Source of the DNA: Cladosporium halotolerans
Taxonomy: Eukaryota
Direction: 5' to 3'
NCBI RefSeq assembly: GCF_011745625.1
Contig: NW_027191484.1
Location: 62,001-126,000, forward strand
DNA: 64,000 nt
The notes beneath the pieces are model-generated. The model ran no database searches. It saw only the letters and a program-made list of their open reading frames with translations, and was not told the DNA's origin. Positions 22,892 to 35,033 of this stretch are shown here, in pieces. The number at the start of each line of letters is the position of its first letter. Within the stretch, counting starts at the first letter, position 1. Made by a program: the position numbers and the translations under genes.

Positions 22892-25375
22892 ATGGAATCT
22901 CCACGAGAAACCAAGCGCAGGAAGCTTGATACACCCAGCAAGCAGTCTCCCGCCTCGGCGCCCGCTTCTCGCAAGAAGCCAACTCCTCGAGCAGCCCCAA
23001 ACGGCACACCAGCGAGCCGTGCAAAGCAAGCTCGGGAAGGCCTATCACCTTTCTCCCACTCCAAGGAGAACGCCCGGCCACGCAATGTCGATCCTGAGGA
23101 CACCGCACAGTCAACACCACAACGCGCGTTGGAGAAATTAAGAGCGAAAAAACAGACACAGACGAATGGCGACGATGAAGGAACGACCGCTCGCCCTGCG
23201 AAGGAGCCCGAGACACCTTCGAAAGCGAGCAGCATGGCAGGCTTCTTCAAGCGATTTGCGGACCCGCGTCTTGTCTCTATGAGAGCCAATGCGCAGGATC
23301 GCGACAGCAGTGAAGATGGTGGTAGCGAGGCTGCTGCGGATGAATCGGACGGCGGCTCGACGGCTCCTAGTGTGCGGGCGAGTGGTCGTAAAAAGCAGCT
23401 TTCGACGAAGCTTCGGGAGCAGGCGGGAGGTGGGACGCCAGGGTCGAAGACGGGACCTGCTGTTAAACAGAAGAAGACTTCTGAAGACGAGATCAGGGAT
23501 CTTGAAGCAGCGGCTCGTGTTGCTGCTGACGATAGCGAGGTAGAGTCGACAACGCCCGCACGAGCTGTAGGCGGCCGAGGTTCGAAGACGCAGACTCCGA
23601 AACCGAAATCTGCTGGGCTTAGGCCAGGGAAGACACCGGCGGTGGCAGGTAACACGGTATTGGAGAAGACACCAGCCAGTAGGAAAGCTCCAAATCCTCA
23701 ACTATCGACGTCCGCGAGAGCATCGCCCGCGACAAAGAGACTAACATCTACTGGGAGGCCCAGAGGAAGACCACGAAAAATTGTCGAGCCTATTCCGACT
23801 TTTGCAGATAGAGATGTGCCCGAAATCCTAACAAATGGAGATGCCATGGAAGTGGATGATTCGGAGGAGGAGAGGACTCGTACAACCAGGGGCGCGACTC
23901 CTCCATCATGGCTGAAACCAAGACCTGCAATCACCCCTCAAAAAAGTGTGCCTAGTGTTCCTGTGAGCACAAAGAGGTCTGCTGCTCAACTGGCGAAGCT
24001 CCCTTCATTGGGCGAGACACAACTACGTCTCTTCCAACGCGTGGCTCTTGAGAAGATCCATGGCAAGCGAGCAATACCTTTGACCAATTTGCACGACGAG
24101 TACGCGAAGGTGAATACGGTTATCAATCAGACTATTACTTCCGGCGAGAGCAACAGCATGCTTCTCATCGGTGCGAGAGGGAGCGGTAAATCTACCCTCA
24201 TCAACCAAATCCTACAGCAGCAAAACAAGGAGCACCCTGACGACTTTCACGCGGTAAGACTCAATGGCTTCATTCATACCGACGACAAGATCGCTCTGCG
24301 CGAGATCTGGCGACAGCTTGGGCGCGAAATGGATCTGGACGAAGAAGAAAACACCGCGCGAAACTATGCAGACACCCTCGCATCGCTTCTCGCCCTCCTA
24401 TCTCATCCCCTTGAGCTTGGTCAAGAACAAGCACCAGGGCAGACGAACAAAAGTGTTGTCTTCGTACTGGACGAATTTGATTTGTTTGCTTCTCATCCGA
24501 GGCAGACGCTACTTTACAACCTTTTCGATATTGCGCAGAGTCGCAAAGCTCCAATTGCAGTCTTGGGTCTTACTACGAGGATCGACGTCGCGGAGTCGCT
24601 GGAGAAGCGAGTCAAGAGTCGCTTCAGTCACAGATACGTCCATCTGAGTTCGTCGAAGAGCTTTGCCGCCTTTGTGGAAGTCTGCAAGGCGGCACTTACA
24701 TTGCAGGAAGACTCGCTGAAGGAAGATGAGAGAGACGTGATTTTGCCACAGGTGAACGGCTCGACGAGCGAAACACATGCCACGGTATTTGACACGTGGA
24801 ACGTCGCCATCGAGAACGTGCTTTCATCAGACGCCGTGGCAGGCTTGCTCCGTCGCATCTACTACACAACGAAGTCCGTTCCCGACTTCCTCGCTTCGAT
24901 GTTGAATCCCTTTACCACCCTCCCTCTATCCGACACCACATACGAAGGCATTCAAGACCACCTTACCACAAGTCTCGGCCTTCGCTTTGCCTCCCCAGAC
25001 TCCAAGCTCACGATTCTCTCAACCCTCTCGACGCTCCAGCTTGCACTGCTCATCTGTGCAGCCCGACAAACGGCGATCCATGCCACCGACACTGTGAGCT
25101 TCAACCTGGCATACGAAGAATACAAGCTGCTCGCGTCAAAGGCCAAGATCCAAGCTGCAGCTTCTGGCGCCATGGGAGCAGGAGGCAGGGTCTGGAGCAA
25201 AGAAGTCGCGAAGGACTCCTGGATGAGCCTAATCGACGTCGGTCTGATCATGGAAGACAGCTATTCAGGGCGAGGCGGTGGCGGGGCTGCAGGTAGGGCA
25301 GACGTGAGCCTTGAGGAGATCGGAGAGTCAGGGGTCGATCTGGGGACTTGGGGAAGGTGGTGTAAGGAGATTTGA
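22892..25375 (+). CDS. ORC4: Origin recognition complex subunit 4 (AAA+), with low-complexity N-terminus and one AT-hook
   Basis: GESNSMLLIGARGSGKS, RLNGFIHTDDKIALREI, FVLDEFDLFASHPRQTLLYNLFD, LEKRVKSRFSHR; GRPRGRPRK. Confidence 0.95.
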   Translation: MESPRETKRRKLDTPSKQSPASAPASRKKPTPRAAPNGTPASRAKQAREGLSPFSHSKENARPRNVDPEDTAQSTPQRALEKLRAKKQTQTNGDDEGTTARPAKEPETPSKASSMAGFFKRFADPRLVSMRANAQDRDSSEDGGSEAAADESDGGSTAPSVRASGRKKQLSTKLREQAGGGTPGSKTGPAVKQKKTSEDEIRDLEAAARVAADDSEVESTTPARAVGGRGSKTQTPKPKSAGLRPGKTPAVAGNTVLEKTPASRKAPNPQLSTSARASPATKRLTSTGRPRGRPRKIVEPIPTFADRDVPEILTNGDAMEVDDSEEERTRTTRGATPPSWLKPRPAITPQKSVPSVPVSTKRSAAQLAKLPSLGETQLRLFQRVALEKIHGKRAIPLTNLHDEYAKVNTVINQTITSGESNSMLLIGARGSGKSTLINQILQQQNKEHPDDFHAVRLNGFIHTDDKIALREIWRQLGREMDLDEEENTARNYADTLASLLALLSHPLELGQEQAPGQTNKSVVFVLDEFDLFASHPRQTLLYNLFDIAQSRKAPIAVLGLTTRIDVAESLEKRVKSRFSHRYVHLSSSKSFAAFVEVCKAALTLQEDSLKEDERDVILPQVNGSTSETHATVFDTWNVAIENVLSSDAVAGLLRRIYYTTKSVPDFLASMLNPFTTLPLSDTTYEGIQDHLTTSLGLRFASPDSKLTILSTLSTLQLALLICAARQTAIHATDTVSFNLAYEEYKLLASKAKIQAAASGAMGAGGRVWSKEVAKDSWMSLIDVGLIMEDSYSGRGGGGAAGRADVSLEEIGESGVDLGTWGRWCKEI

Positions 25376-25418
25376 ACGGTACCGCATTGTAGATACGAAA
25401 TGAAGAATACTATCCAGT

Positions 25419-27490
25419 CTAGCCCTGCGGATCGACTGACATGACTTCGGCCGTGACACCGGACGCGCCACGAGCGACGACTATCACGTTTACTTTCCCA
25501 ACGTGGACGCTGTAGCCGCCGTACAAGGGCTTCGCTGGAACGAACGGATCCGTTTCTGCTGCGACTGACCAGGCGAAACCTTCCCTCACTACCTCGACGG
25601 CTTTCCCGTCAACGAAGACCTCGACCTTCGCACCGTCCACAGTGCCTGAGTCGCCCACAGTGCCAGCGAGGTGCAGCGTCTTGCCATCCATGTGCGATTC
25701 GAGCACGCTCAAGGTCGGAGGTGCGTAGCCTCCTTCCCTCGATGTCGCTTCCGCCCGCATCTCAAACCCATCAGACGCCAGATCCGGCGTCCCAGGCGGC
25801 CTCACCCTCCCCTTCGCCGCCAGCTCAAACGCCCTCGCAAACCGCAGCAACTCGCAGTCAGACCCATGCGCGCCCGCAAACGTCAAATTGCACGGCATCC
25901 CCTTCCCCTCCATCAGCCCCATCGGCGCGCTCACAGTCGGCACGCCCATGTGCCTCAGCGCGCGGTTCCCATTCGAATATTTAACCCCGTTCTGCAGCGC
26001 GTGCCTCGCGCTCTCATCATCGTACTCCAAATCCGCCCGCCCCACGTCCCCATTCGCAGGGAACACGACCGCGTCCACGCCCAGCGCCCCCATCCAGTCT
26101 TCCAAGTCGCGCTTGCGCTGCGCTTCGAGAGCAGGCAGGGCTTCGGCAATGCCGTCGATGGCCCAGATGGATTTCCCGCCGCGCTTCTGCGCGAGCGCCA
26201 CCAGGTTCGGGTAGTCCATGAAGTTCTTCCGCTCCATGTAGCGGTCCGGGATGTAGTCGGCGGGGCGGGGGAACATTTTGGCGCCGTCTGCGGCGGCGAG
26301 CGAGGGGATCTGGGCGTCGCCGTTGGACCGCAGGAAGTCGTCCCAGAGGTAGGCGACGAGCTCGCCGCGCTCTTTGCCGTTCCAGTCCGGGGCGAAGCCC
26401 TGCACGTTGTTGGTGTGGCCGGAGAGGGAGTCGTCTTCGTAGTTGGAGACGAGCGGGAAGTCGGTTTCGATCACGGTCGCGCCGAGGGATTCGAGGGTGG
26501 CGCGAGCGGAGTGCCAGAGGGTTAGGACTTCGGGCGAGACGTAGGTGGGTTTTGCGGCGGGGTCGGGGGCGTTGATGAACATTTTGGGGACGGCGAGGCG
26601 TTTGCCTTGGAGGGAGGTTGGGGAGGTGGGTTGCAGGGAGAGGAAGGTTTGGGGTAGGGGGACGGGTTGGCGGGAGACGTATTGTTGCTGGGACCAGAAG
26701 TTTTCCTCGTCGCGGGGGTCTTCGGCTGTCAGGACGTCGAGGATCTGCAGCATGTCGTCTACGGTCCTGGTGTGTGGTACGAGCACATCGCAGGTCGGGT
26801 ACAAAGGCCAGACACCTCGTGGGGAAATGACATCTCGGGACCCGGTGAAGGCAATGAGAGCGTTATTGGATGCAGGCGAGCGGCCAGAGCTCACAGTCTC
26901 CGATCCCAGACCGAAAGCCGCGAAGCTTGCTGCCGTGGACGTGGCCGAGCCGTTGGATGAACCGGATGAGAAAGCTGCTGTGAGATACTCCTGGTTGTAC
27001 GGACTCTCTGCCCGTCCGTACAAGCCACGATGCATTCCAGAGGCCATCATTGGAGGCGTGTTGGTGGTTCCAATGCAAACAGCGCCAGCCTTGCGCAGCT
27101 GCTCGGCGACGAAGCAGTCTTCGTTGGCGACGAGGTTGGCGAACGCCGGTGATCCTGAGGAGCATGTCATGCCCTTGTATTTCATGCTATCTTTGAGGGT
27201 GTATGGAATCCCATCAAGAGGTCCATTGGGTTTGCCGGCGGCACGGCGAGCGTCTGAGGCAGCAGCTTCTTTGAACACATCTGGATTGAGCTTGACGATC
27301 GAGTTGAGGCATGGTCCGCGAAAATCGTACGTATGGATGCGCAGCAGGTATTTCGTCACCAAGTCGACGCTGGTGATTGATCCCGAGCTGAGAGCGGCTT
27401 GCAGCTCTGCAATTGATGCTTCTACGATCGTCTGGACTATTTAGCTGTGCTAGGCTGCAATCACATTCGGCGGAGACTTACTGGAGACAT
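25419..27490 (-). CDS. Amidase signature family protein
   Basis: GPLDGIPYTLKD, SGSSNGS, GSETVSSGRSPAS; micro first exon ATG TCT CCA then GTAAGT intron joining to TIVEASIAELQ. Confidence 0.9.
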
Positions 27491-28084
27491 CTCGTCGAAC
27501 TTGTCATGTAATGGCAGCAACGGCCTACTGTAAAGTAACAACGTTCCTCAAGGTGCGGTCCTCGCTGTCAACTGCTGGTTTGGTCCAAGGTGGAGTCAGT
27601 CCGCTCCTACGCCCCACACTTATCTATGTATCTCTTCTAGCGCTTTGGTACAGTGATTATGGCAGTTGACGCCGTGACGAGAAACGTGATCTGTTGAGAC
27701 AATGGGAAATTATTCGCATCAACAGGACATCGAATATAACAGGCACGTAGACATCGATGTAACATAAGCCTGCCTTTATCGTGCCGTAACAACCGCGGGT
27801 AGCAAAAGTACAAGAGAGGAGTTGGCCGGTAGCCTGGCCGTGGTCGGCCGCGCCATGTGGTCTTCTCCACATCAGACCCCAGTCGCCACATCGGCGAGAA
27901 AGGCTGCGACAGGGCGCGGCGGGGATTGAAGATCAACGACATCTAACAACTAGTCCCGAGCTACAGATAAGAAAATATCTCTCATTCACATTCCTTTCCA
28001 CTTTTTCGGAAAGCATTGCAATTGCGAAAAATCGAAATATTGGAAACAACGAACAATCAACACTCGTCCAAAACAACACCCATC

Positions 28085-29061
28085 ATGGCGCCCTCAGCAA
28101 TCACCATCCTCGAACAAACCCCCATCGCCCCCAAAACCCAACCCCAAGACCAAGAAGACCCCGACACCTCCGCCACCCAGAAAACCAACCCCACCAAATC
28201 CGCCCTCGAGCTCATCTCCCAAGGCCAATCCCTCCCCGGCATCCCCACGCACCCCTCCTACGCCGCGCACCGGCAATGGATGCTGTCGAAAATGGCCCTC
28301 GCCTTCCGCGTCTTCGCCCGCAAGGGCTACACGGAGGGCATGTCGGGCCACATCTCCGTGCGCGACCCGGAGAACCCGCACACCTTCTGGACGAACCCGC
28401 TGTCGAAGCACTTCGGCCTGCTGAAAGCGAGCGACATGATTCTAGTCGACTATGACGGCAAGGCGATCGGGGGCAACATGAGCCTGCCGGCGAACGCGGC
28501 GGGGTTCCTGATTCATAGCGCTGTGCACAAGGCCAGGCCGGACGTGGCGGCCGCGTGCCATACGCATAGTCCGTACGGGAAGGCGTGGAGCGCGTTTGGG
28601 CGGCCGCTGGAGATGCTGAATCAGGACGTTACGTATTTCTACGGCGACGCGCAGGCCGTGTACAAGGTGTGTACGAGCTCCCGATCTGCACGGTTTCGCT
28701 CACTGACAGAACCCGCCCACAGGACTTCAACGGCGTCGTCTTCACCGAAGCCGAAGGCGAGCGCCTCGCGGCCGCGCTGGGCCTCAACGGCAAGGGCATG
28801 ATCCTGCGCAACCACGGCCTGCTGACCGTCGGCAGCACGGTCGACGAGGCCTGCTACCTGTACACGCTGATGGAGCGCAGCTGCCAGGTGCAGCTGCTGG
28901 CCGAGGCGGCGGCGGCCAACGGCGTGCCGAAGATGTACGTGCCGGACGAGGCGGCGCGGTTCACGTTCGAGTCCGCGAGCGACCCGGAGGCGCTGTACTG
29001 GGAGGCGCAGCCGGACATGGAGTGGGAGGCGGAAATGTGTGGGGGGAGGCATGCGGAGTGA
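28085..29061 (+). CDS. Class II aldolase/adducin-family protein, 2 exons
   Basis: GHISVRDPE, AGFLIHSAVHKARPDV.AACHTHS, ILRNHGLLTVG; intron 28668-28722. Confidence 0.9.
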
Positions 29062-29488
29062 TGTAGGGGTTTTTGGGTGGGAGGTCCGGATCAGGGAAAG
29101 CTTGGGGTTGATAGGTGGGATTTGAAGTGCTCGTAAAATGGTGCTGCCGTAGACAAGCGTGATTGATATTTCAATGGTGATGTTATAGAATAAACACGGT
29201 CTCGCCACCGTTGACCGTCCCGCCGTGAAAACAAATGCTTGATCTGATCAAAGATCATGGTATATCCGAATGTATCCCCAAGTCCTCCCAACGTGTCAAG
29301 TCGTCAAAACGTATTTTTTCCTCCCAGAAGAAAGTCCAGTTCACGGTGCGAGGGCTCACCGAGCCCAAGCCGCACGTAAAGGATACGAAACGAAAGGTTT
29401 GGCGCCGGCAGAGAAGGCTCTGATGAGCGAGCAGCCTGCGTGGGCGATGCGAATAATAGTAGTCATGAGGATGCAATCCTCGCGCGGT

Positions 29489-30907
29489 CTATGAGTGGCC
29501 GCGGTTGTCGCTACCCTGACCAATGAGGTTGACCACGGGGTTGAAGTTCTTAGTGGAGCACCAAGAAGTGATGCGCTTGGAGCCTTGACCGTAGTAAGCG
29601 GTCTTGCCGTCTTGCATGATGGCGAACTCAGGCCTCATGCCTTCGCTACCACCAAGGTCCTTGGGGAATGGAATTGATCCGGTGGCGGGACCAGAGTTGT
29701 CGGCGTGGAAGTCGTAGTATGTGTTGTCTCCGAGAGACATGGAGACTCTCGAGTCCTTGGTGACGAGAGCCCAAGCAAAGATGGCGTCCTCAACAAGGTC
29801 GCTGTTGCGGATGTGCGAAGAGCCCTGGTTGCACTGGGCGTCCTTAGCGTGCACGCGGTACCAGAAGACGACCTGGTCCTCGGTGATCTCGGGCTGCTTG
29901 CCGGTCTTCCACCACTCGACGTAGTACTTGGTCATGATGCGCCACGGGGAGTGGTTCTGTCCAGCGACGTATGCCTCCAGCCTGCCCATGTTGGCGTAGT
30001 CGGAGGAAGAGGTGGAGTTGCCGGGAAGGTCGCGGAGGTAGTGAGACTCACACCAGTCGTTCCAGGTGAGGAGCTCGATGATGTCGGGCTGGACCTCTCC
30101 ATTGACAAGCGACTCGAGACGGTCCTTGAAAAGCCAGTCGGCGGGTGCAACCCAGGCATCCATGTTGTTGCCGTTGTCGAGGTCCTTGAACTGCCAGGGA
30201 GAGACGGCCATGATGTAGGGCCCGCTCTTGCCGGCCTTCTTCATGGCGCTCTGGAAGACTTCATCGGCGTCGATGGTGTTGTTGACGTTGTCGTACATAG
30301 GCCACGCCTGCCAGTTGAAGTAGCCGTCGATGACGGCGAAGTCGGCGATCATGTCGAAGGCAGCGGATGCGGCGTTCTTCTGAGCCTTCTCGGCGAAGCT
30401 AGTCAAAGCCGGAGTGAGGGAGATGGCGTTGCCAGAGAAGAACATCTTAGCCTTGAGGTCGGCAAAGAAGAGAGCGCCGTACTCCTTGACGCGGTCGCCA
30501 CCGTAGGTGGTGACGAGAATGTTGCTGTTCCAGCGGTAGGTGGCCTTGCTGCCGGCGTGCTTCTGCAGCACGTCGGCCATGTAAGTGGTGTTCCAGTACT
30601 TGTCGCAGTTGTCCCAAGACATGTCGAAGGAGTGAACAATCTTGAAGCCGACCTCCTCGGCTGCCTTGAAGGCATCCTCGATGCGGTCCTCCTGCCATCC
30701 GAGGTTGCCCTGGCAGTCCGGCGGCATCCAGTTCATAGCGAAGGCGTCGACGCCAATCGACTTGGCGGAGAGCATGTCGGCCTTCCATTGGGAGTGGTCG
30801 TACGCATAGGCGTTCTGGACCATGAAATGAGCGAAGACATCGGCCGCGGTTGCAGCACGGATGCAGAGGGCCGCGAGAGCGGAGACGGCGAGCGTGAAGC
30901 TGAACAT
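29489..30907 (-). CDS. Secreted alpha-1,3-glucanase (GH71, mutanase-like)
   Basis: Signal peptide MFSFTLAVSALAALCIRAATA; VFAHFMV, GVDAFAMN, SFDM, YIMAVSPWQFK, ELLTWNDWCESHY, FWYRVH. Confidence 0.9.
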   Translation of the reverse strand: MFSFTLAVSALAALCIRAATAADVFAHFMVQNAYAYDHSQWKADMLSAKSIGVDAFAMNWMPPDCQGNLGWQEDRIEDAFKAAEEVGFKIVHSFDMSWDNCDKYWNTTYMADVLQKHAGSKATYRWNSNILVTTYGGDRVKEYGALFFADLKAKMFFSGNAISLTPALTSFAEKAQKNAASAAFDMIADFAVIDGYFNWQAWPMYDNVNNTIDADEVFQSAMKKAGKSGPYIMAVSPWQFKDLDNGNNMDAWVAPADWLFKDRLESLVNGEVQPDIIELLTWNDWCESHYLRDLPGNSTSSSDYANMGRLEAYVAGQNHSPWRIMTKYYVEWWKTGKQPEITEDQVVFWYRVHAKDAQCNQGSSHIRNSDLVEDAIFAWALVTKDSRVSMSLGDNTYYDFHADNSGPATGSIPFPKDLGGSEGMRPEFAIMQDGKTAYYGQGSKRITSWCSTKNFNPVVNLIGQGSDNRGHS

Positions 30908-31920
30908 GGTTGATATGTTGGTTTGTGCGTTCGTTTGAGTGAGTGTTAGATTTTCTTTCTGATTGCTTCCTCTGATCACTGGGATCAACCGACAGATCGC
31001 TAAGAGGGAACGAGGGGGGATTCTAAAGAATGACAAGGCTCGTCAAGAGCACGTGGTGAAGGAATGAATGAGCAGCAGCCTCACAGAGGCGCGTAGCGAG
31101 AGTCGTCTGGAGAGCAGATGGGGAGAGCAAACGGACAACAGGCGGCGGAGGGCTTTAGAAGTAGTCGCGCCCTTGCGCCTGGATGACCGGCAACACGGCG
31201 CCTGGAGCAGCGCCATGCTGGGTCGAGACAGGGTCGCGCAGCGCCCAGGGATGCCATCTGCGTCCCTCGCGGCCGTTCTCCCATCACAAGCGGCAGTGTA
31301 GGCCGGACGCAGGCCCCACTGACTCGGTGAGGTGGACGCCGTCGAGGGCGAGATGGCACGGCTACCACGGTGCTGCGTGAGCTTCACGCGATCCAGATAG
31401 CCACAACTCTCCGTGGCGCTCGCTTCGCACGCCGCGGCCCTTCCAGGCGCTTATTGGCTTGCGCGCCTCGCGGCGCCGTCCCGTCCCGCGCGGAAGCTTG
31501 TTCCGTCCAGCTCGCGCGCCCGGTAGTCAGGCACCAAGCGCATCTGAAACGAGGCCCACCAGAGTCATGACGAGACGCAGGGATGCCGGTGGCTGTCTCC
31601 GGCCGCTGCGGATCCTCCAACATGCACTTGCCCAGCTCCGGCGGCAACATGAAGCACTGGCAGCGTTTGGCAGCATCCCGGCCGCATCCTGGCGGCGTTT
31701 GCGCGCGGCCAGCCTGCTCTCCAGGCCGGCGACTGGGGCGCCGCGGTGCTGGCGCCGCCTGGAAGGACCGGCACAAGATTGCCATGTGTGGATCGCCGCC
31801 CTCCTGCATATCCGAAACACCCTCCCAAGATGCTAAGATGGCCCCAAAATCCACCCTCGTACAGCGTCGCTCGGGGCTTATCGCCCAATGATTGGCCTGT
31901 TCTACACATCTATGTACGCG

Positions 31921-33412
31921 CTAGAATCTGTTGTCCGCCGTAAACAGCAGCAGCGCGAGACTGTGCCTTATCCACAGCCCTGCCAGACCGCACAGCGTCT
32001 GCATGACCAGGATCTCGGTCGCCAGCCGGTCCTCTCTGAGTGGCCCGCGCCAGACCAGCCAGAGGTTTAGGATCGTGAAATTGCTGGCCTCGGTCACTCT
32101 GCCCTTGCCGTCCGTCTCCACCTTCATTAAGTGCAATTTGCCCAGGACCTTGAGCGCCTCCCCAACGATAGGGCGCAGAGGCTTGTCCTCGTCGAACGTC
32201 GCGACCGACGGCTCCATCAAGCCGGTGCGCGCGTTGAAGCGCGGGAGCCTGTGTCGCGGACACGGCACGATCTTGAACAGCTGCGGGGCCGAGTAGCAGA
32301 AGTTAAAGATCTGGGGAATGAACAGCAGCAGCAGCGTCTTGCTGAAGTGCCCCAAGATTCCCACCACGGCAAACACCATGCCGGCGAAATAGCAGTAAGT
32401 ATCGCCGACGAAAACCTTCGCCGGAAACCAATTGTGCTGCAGCAAGGCGAGTGATACTCCAATGAACGGCAGCAGCAAATACACGCTAAAGAGGTGTGAT
32501 TCGGCTGCCGGATGCGGCTGATGCAGCTTTGGGGATAGGTAGAGCGCGTCGTTCAGGAGGAGGAGGAACGCAATCACGAGTGACTGCCCCACTTCGATGC
32601 CGTTGACTCCGGCCAGGATGTTGATGCAGTTTGGGCAGAAGATCGAAATTGCCGCCATGTAGAGGTAGTAGAATCCTCCCAGGTCCACCAAGTCGCCGAG
32701 ATAAGGTCGCAGCGGCAGAGGCACGACGACGTGGGTCACGCCGAAGTCGACGAAGTACAGGCCCAGCATTGGCAGCGCGGCAAACGCTGGGATGAAGAAT
32801 TTGTGTCGCCATCTCATGTCGAACGAATCGTCGAGGATTCCGAGGATGGTCACGGTTGCCAGCGTGCCGTATGCGAAGCCGTAGGATGCGAGCTGTGGGC
32901 CGTTAGTGAAGTCCTTCATTTTGCGACGAGGACAAGTTACCTTTTCGAGGGGAAATCGATGCAAGAAGCGTCCATTTTCGATTTCGGCTGCTTCAATAAT
33001 ACGATCCTTATCATTCGGTGCGAATGTAGCTGCAGCGATGTCGCGCTTGAACGCAAATGGCAGGAAGTTCACGATTGCAAGGAGATATACAAGCGCAGAC
33101 AGCAAGCCCATTGCCTCGGGGCTTTTGCGACCTGTCAGCAGATGTTTCATGCGAGGCCAACGTTGTGATTCCATCTACTCACAGTTCGATTGGATTTTTC
33201 TTCGACAAATCCTTGCCCTTGTAGCCTCGTCGAATGAACACATCGCCCGTCCACGGTATCAGCGCATATGAAAATGCAAACGCCAAACCTGAAATCGCCA
33301 GCGACGCGAACAGCGGCTCTCCATCGCTGCGCCAGGCGTTGACCAACACCGCAACGCAAGCGATGGACAGCACGCTCAGCGAAGAGACCTCCGTCGAAGA
33401 CAGAGCCCGCAT
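31921..33412 (-). CDS. ALG7: UDP-GlcNAc:dolichyl-phosphate GlcNAc-1-phosphotransferase
   Basis: GKDLSK..LPEAMG, LGILDD.FDMRWRHK, FCPNCINILAGVNGIE, PAKVFVGDTYCYFAG, CPRHRLP, NFTILN; two introns. Confidence 0.95.
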
Positions 33413-33887
33413 GACTGCCGCCGATGTTCTTCAGATCTTTCTCCGGACCGCGTCTTTGTCGGTCAGGAACATTCAACAGATCATTGATCGTTTAGGGAAA
33501 GCTGGCCTCCAGCCTCCGCTGGTTGCGCTTGCAACGCCGGATCAGCAGGGGCTTCGGCTGGCCTTGGCACTCCGCAGCGAAGGGCCCTCGACTGTGGAAC
33601 TGGAACAGGTCACAGGGACGAGCACCGTTTGCCTGGTCGACCCAAACACGAGATACGGGGTGCGTTTCAGGACTCTTTCGCTGCCGTGGAACGCAAGGGT
33701 AGATCACTTGCATCGTTGTAGGCCTCCCTGGGCGCACGCGTAACACCTCGGCCCCGTGAGATCTGCAGTCTTGACTGCTGTGTTCGATCGACGTGCTGCT
33801 GTCGCCACAGGGCTGCATGGACCTTTCTGGTGCGTTCCTAAAACACTCGAGAAGAATTGCTAGTGGCAGCAGACGGCTGCGCGAAAC

Positions 33888-35033
33888 ATGGCCTCGACCG
33901 GCGCCCATCGCTTCTCTCACGGCCATCGGGATTTGCTCCTGGCTGTCAGCTACAACATTTACGGCACGCGCGCCGCGACCTCTTCTTCGGATCACAAGCT
34001 GAAGGTCTGGGAGTGCAACGAGAAGACGGGCGCGTGGATTGTCACGGACGCGTGGACGGCTCATGATGCGCAGGTTACGGATGTGAAGTGGAACGGGCCC
34101 TACGTGGGCGAACACATCGCGTCCATTGGCGAAGACGGGACGGTCAAGATCTGGCAGGAAGATGTCAACGAGCCTACGAATTCTGGTCGACGATGGAAGA
34201 AGATCTTCCAATTGACGACTGCTACCGGTGTGCCATTCATGGGCCTGGATCTGAAGAACATTGGCGCCGAGAGCTACCTCGCTGTTTCCACCCGCGATGG
34301 CTACATCACTGTGTGCGAGCCAGAAGACCACGACGAGCTCACTTCCTGGCGGGTGCTATGGCAAGACTACCTATGCAAAATTTCCTCCAGGATGGACGAG
34401 ACGAGCTTCCGCCTGAGCTGGCACAAAGAGACCCTCCCCGCCTGGCCAGCCGTTCTCGCAGGCTTGGACCGCAAAAGCCTCGGTCTCGCCGTGGCTGTCG
34501 GAGACGTCGTGCGCATCCTGCGAACCGACGAAGACCGCAAGTTCTACAATGCAGCGGTCCTGGAAGGTGCGAAAGGGCTCGTCAGAGACGTCGCATGGTC
34601 CAATGGCAGCATGCGCGGCTTCGACACGCTCGCGACTGCGAGCAAAGACGGCTTCGTCAGGATCTACGAGCTTCATACACCAGGCGCAGCGTCATTCTCG
34701 ACATTGAGCACCAACGCAGAGGATGCTGAACCTGCGCGTCCGCGCTCGCAATTCCCTGCTGCTCGGCCGACGCGCTCTGGTATCGGTGCTGGGTTAGCAA
34801 GCAATGCTAAGGGCAAAGGCGATGATCAAGGGCATGCGCCGGGCGCGGTGAAGCAAGACGTGAAGCTGGTCGCGGAGCTCGAAGTCAGAGAAGGCATGCC
34901 GTGGAGAGTGTCCTGGAGTCCGACAGGCGACATGTTGGTTTCGACCGCCGACGAAGGGTCCGTTCGCATATGGAAGAAATCCGCCGAAGGCAAATGGCTT
35001 GAAGCCGCTGAGGTAGATTCGACGAAAGAATGA
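33888..35033 (+). CDS. SEH1: WD40 nucleoporin/SEACAT subunit Seh1-like
   Basis: HRDLLLAVSYNIYGTRAATSSSDHKLKVW, WTAHDAQVTDVKW, IASIGEDGTVKIWQE, WRVSWSPTGDMLVS. Confidence 0.85.
   Translation: MASTGAHRFSHGHRDLLLAVSYNIYGTRAATSSSDHKLKVWECNEKTGAWIVTDAWTAHDAQVTDVKWNGPYVGEHIASIGEDGTVKIWQEDVNEPTNSGRRWKKIFQLTTATGVPFMGLDLKNIGAESYLAVSTRDGYITVCEPEDHDELTSWRVLWQDYLCKISSRMDETSFRLSWHKETLPAWPAVLAGLDRKSLGLAVAVGDVVRILRTDEDRKFYNAAVLEGAKGLVRDVAWSNGSMRGFDTLATASKDGFVRIYELHTPGAASFSTLSTNAEDAEPARPRSQFPAARPTRSGIGAGLASNAKGKGDDQGHAPGAVKQDVKLVAELEVREGMPWRVSWSPTGDMLVSTADEGSVRIWKKSAEGKWLEAAEVDSTKE

Noticed and set aside
25419..30907. Secondary-metabolite cluster around amidase, aldolase and GH71
   Set aside because: No PKS, NRPS or terpene backbone gene and no pathway regulator; flanked by housekeeping genes.
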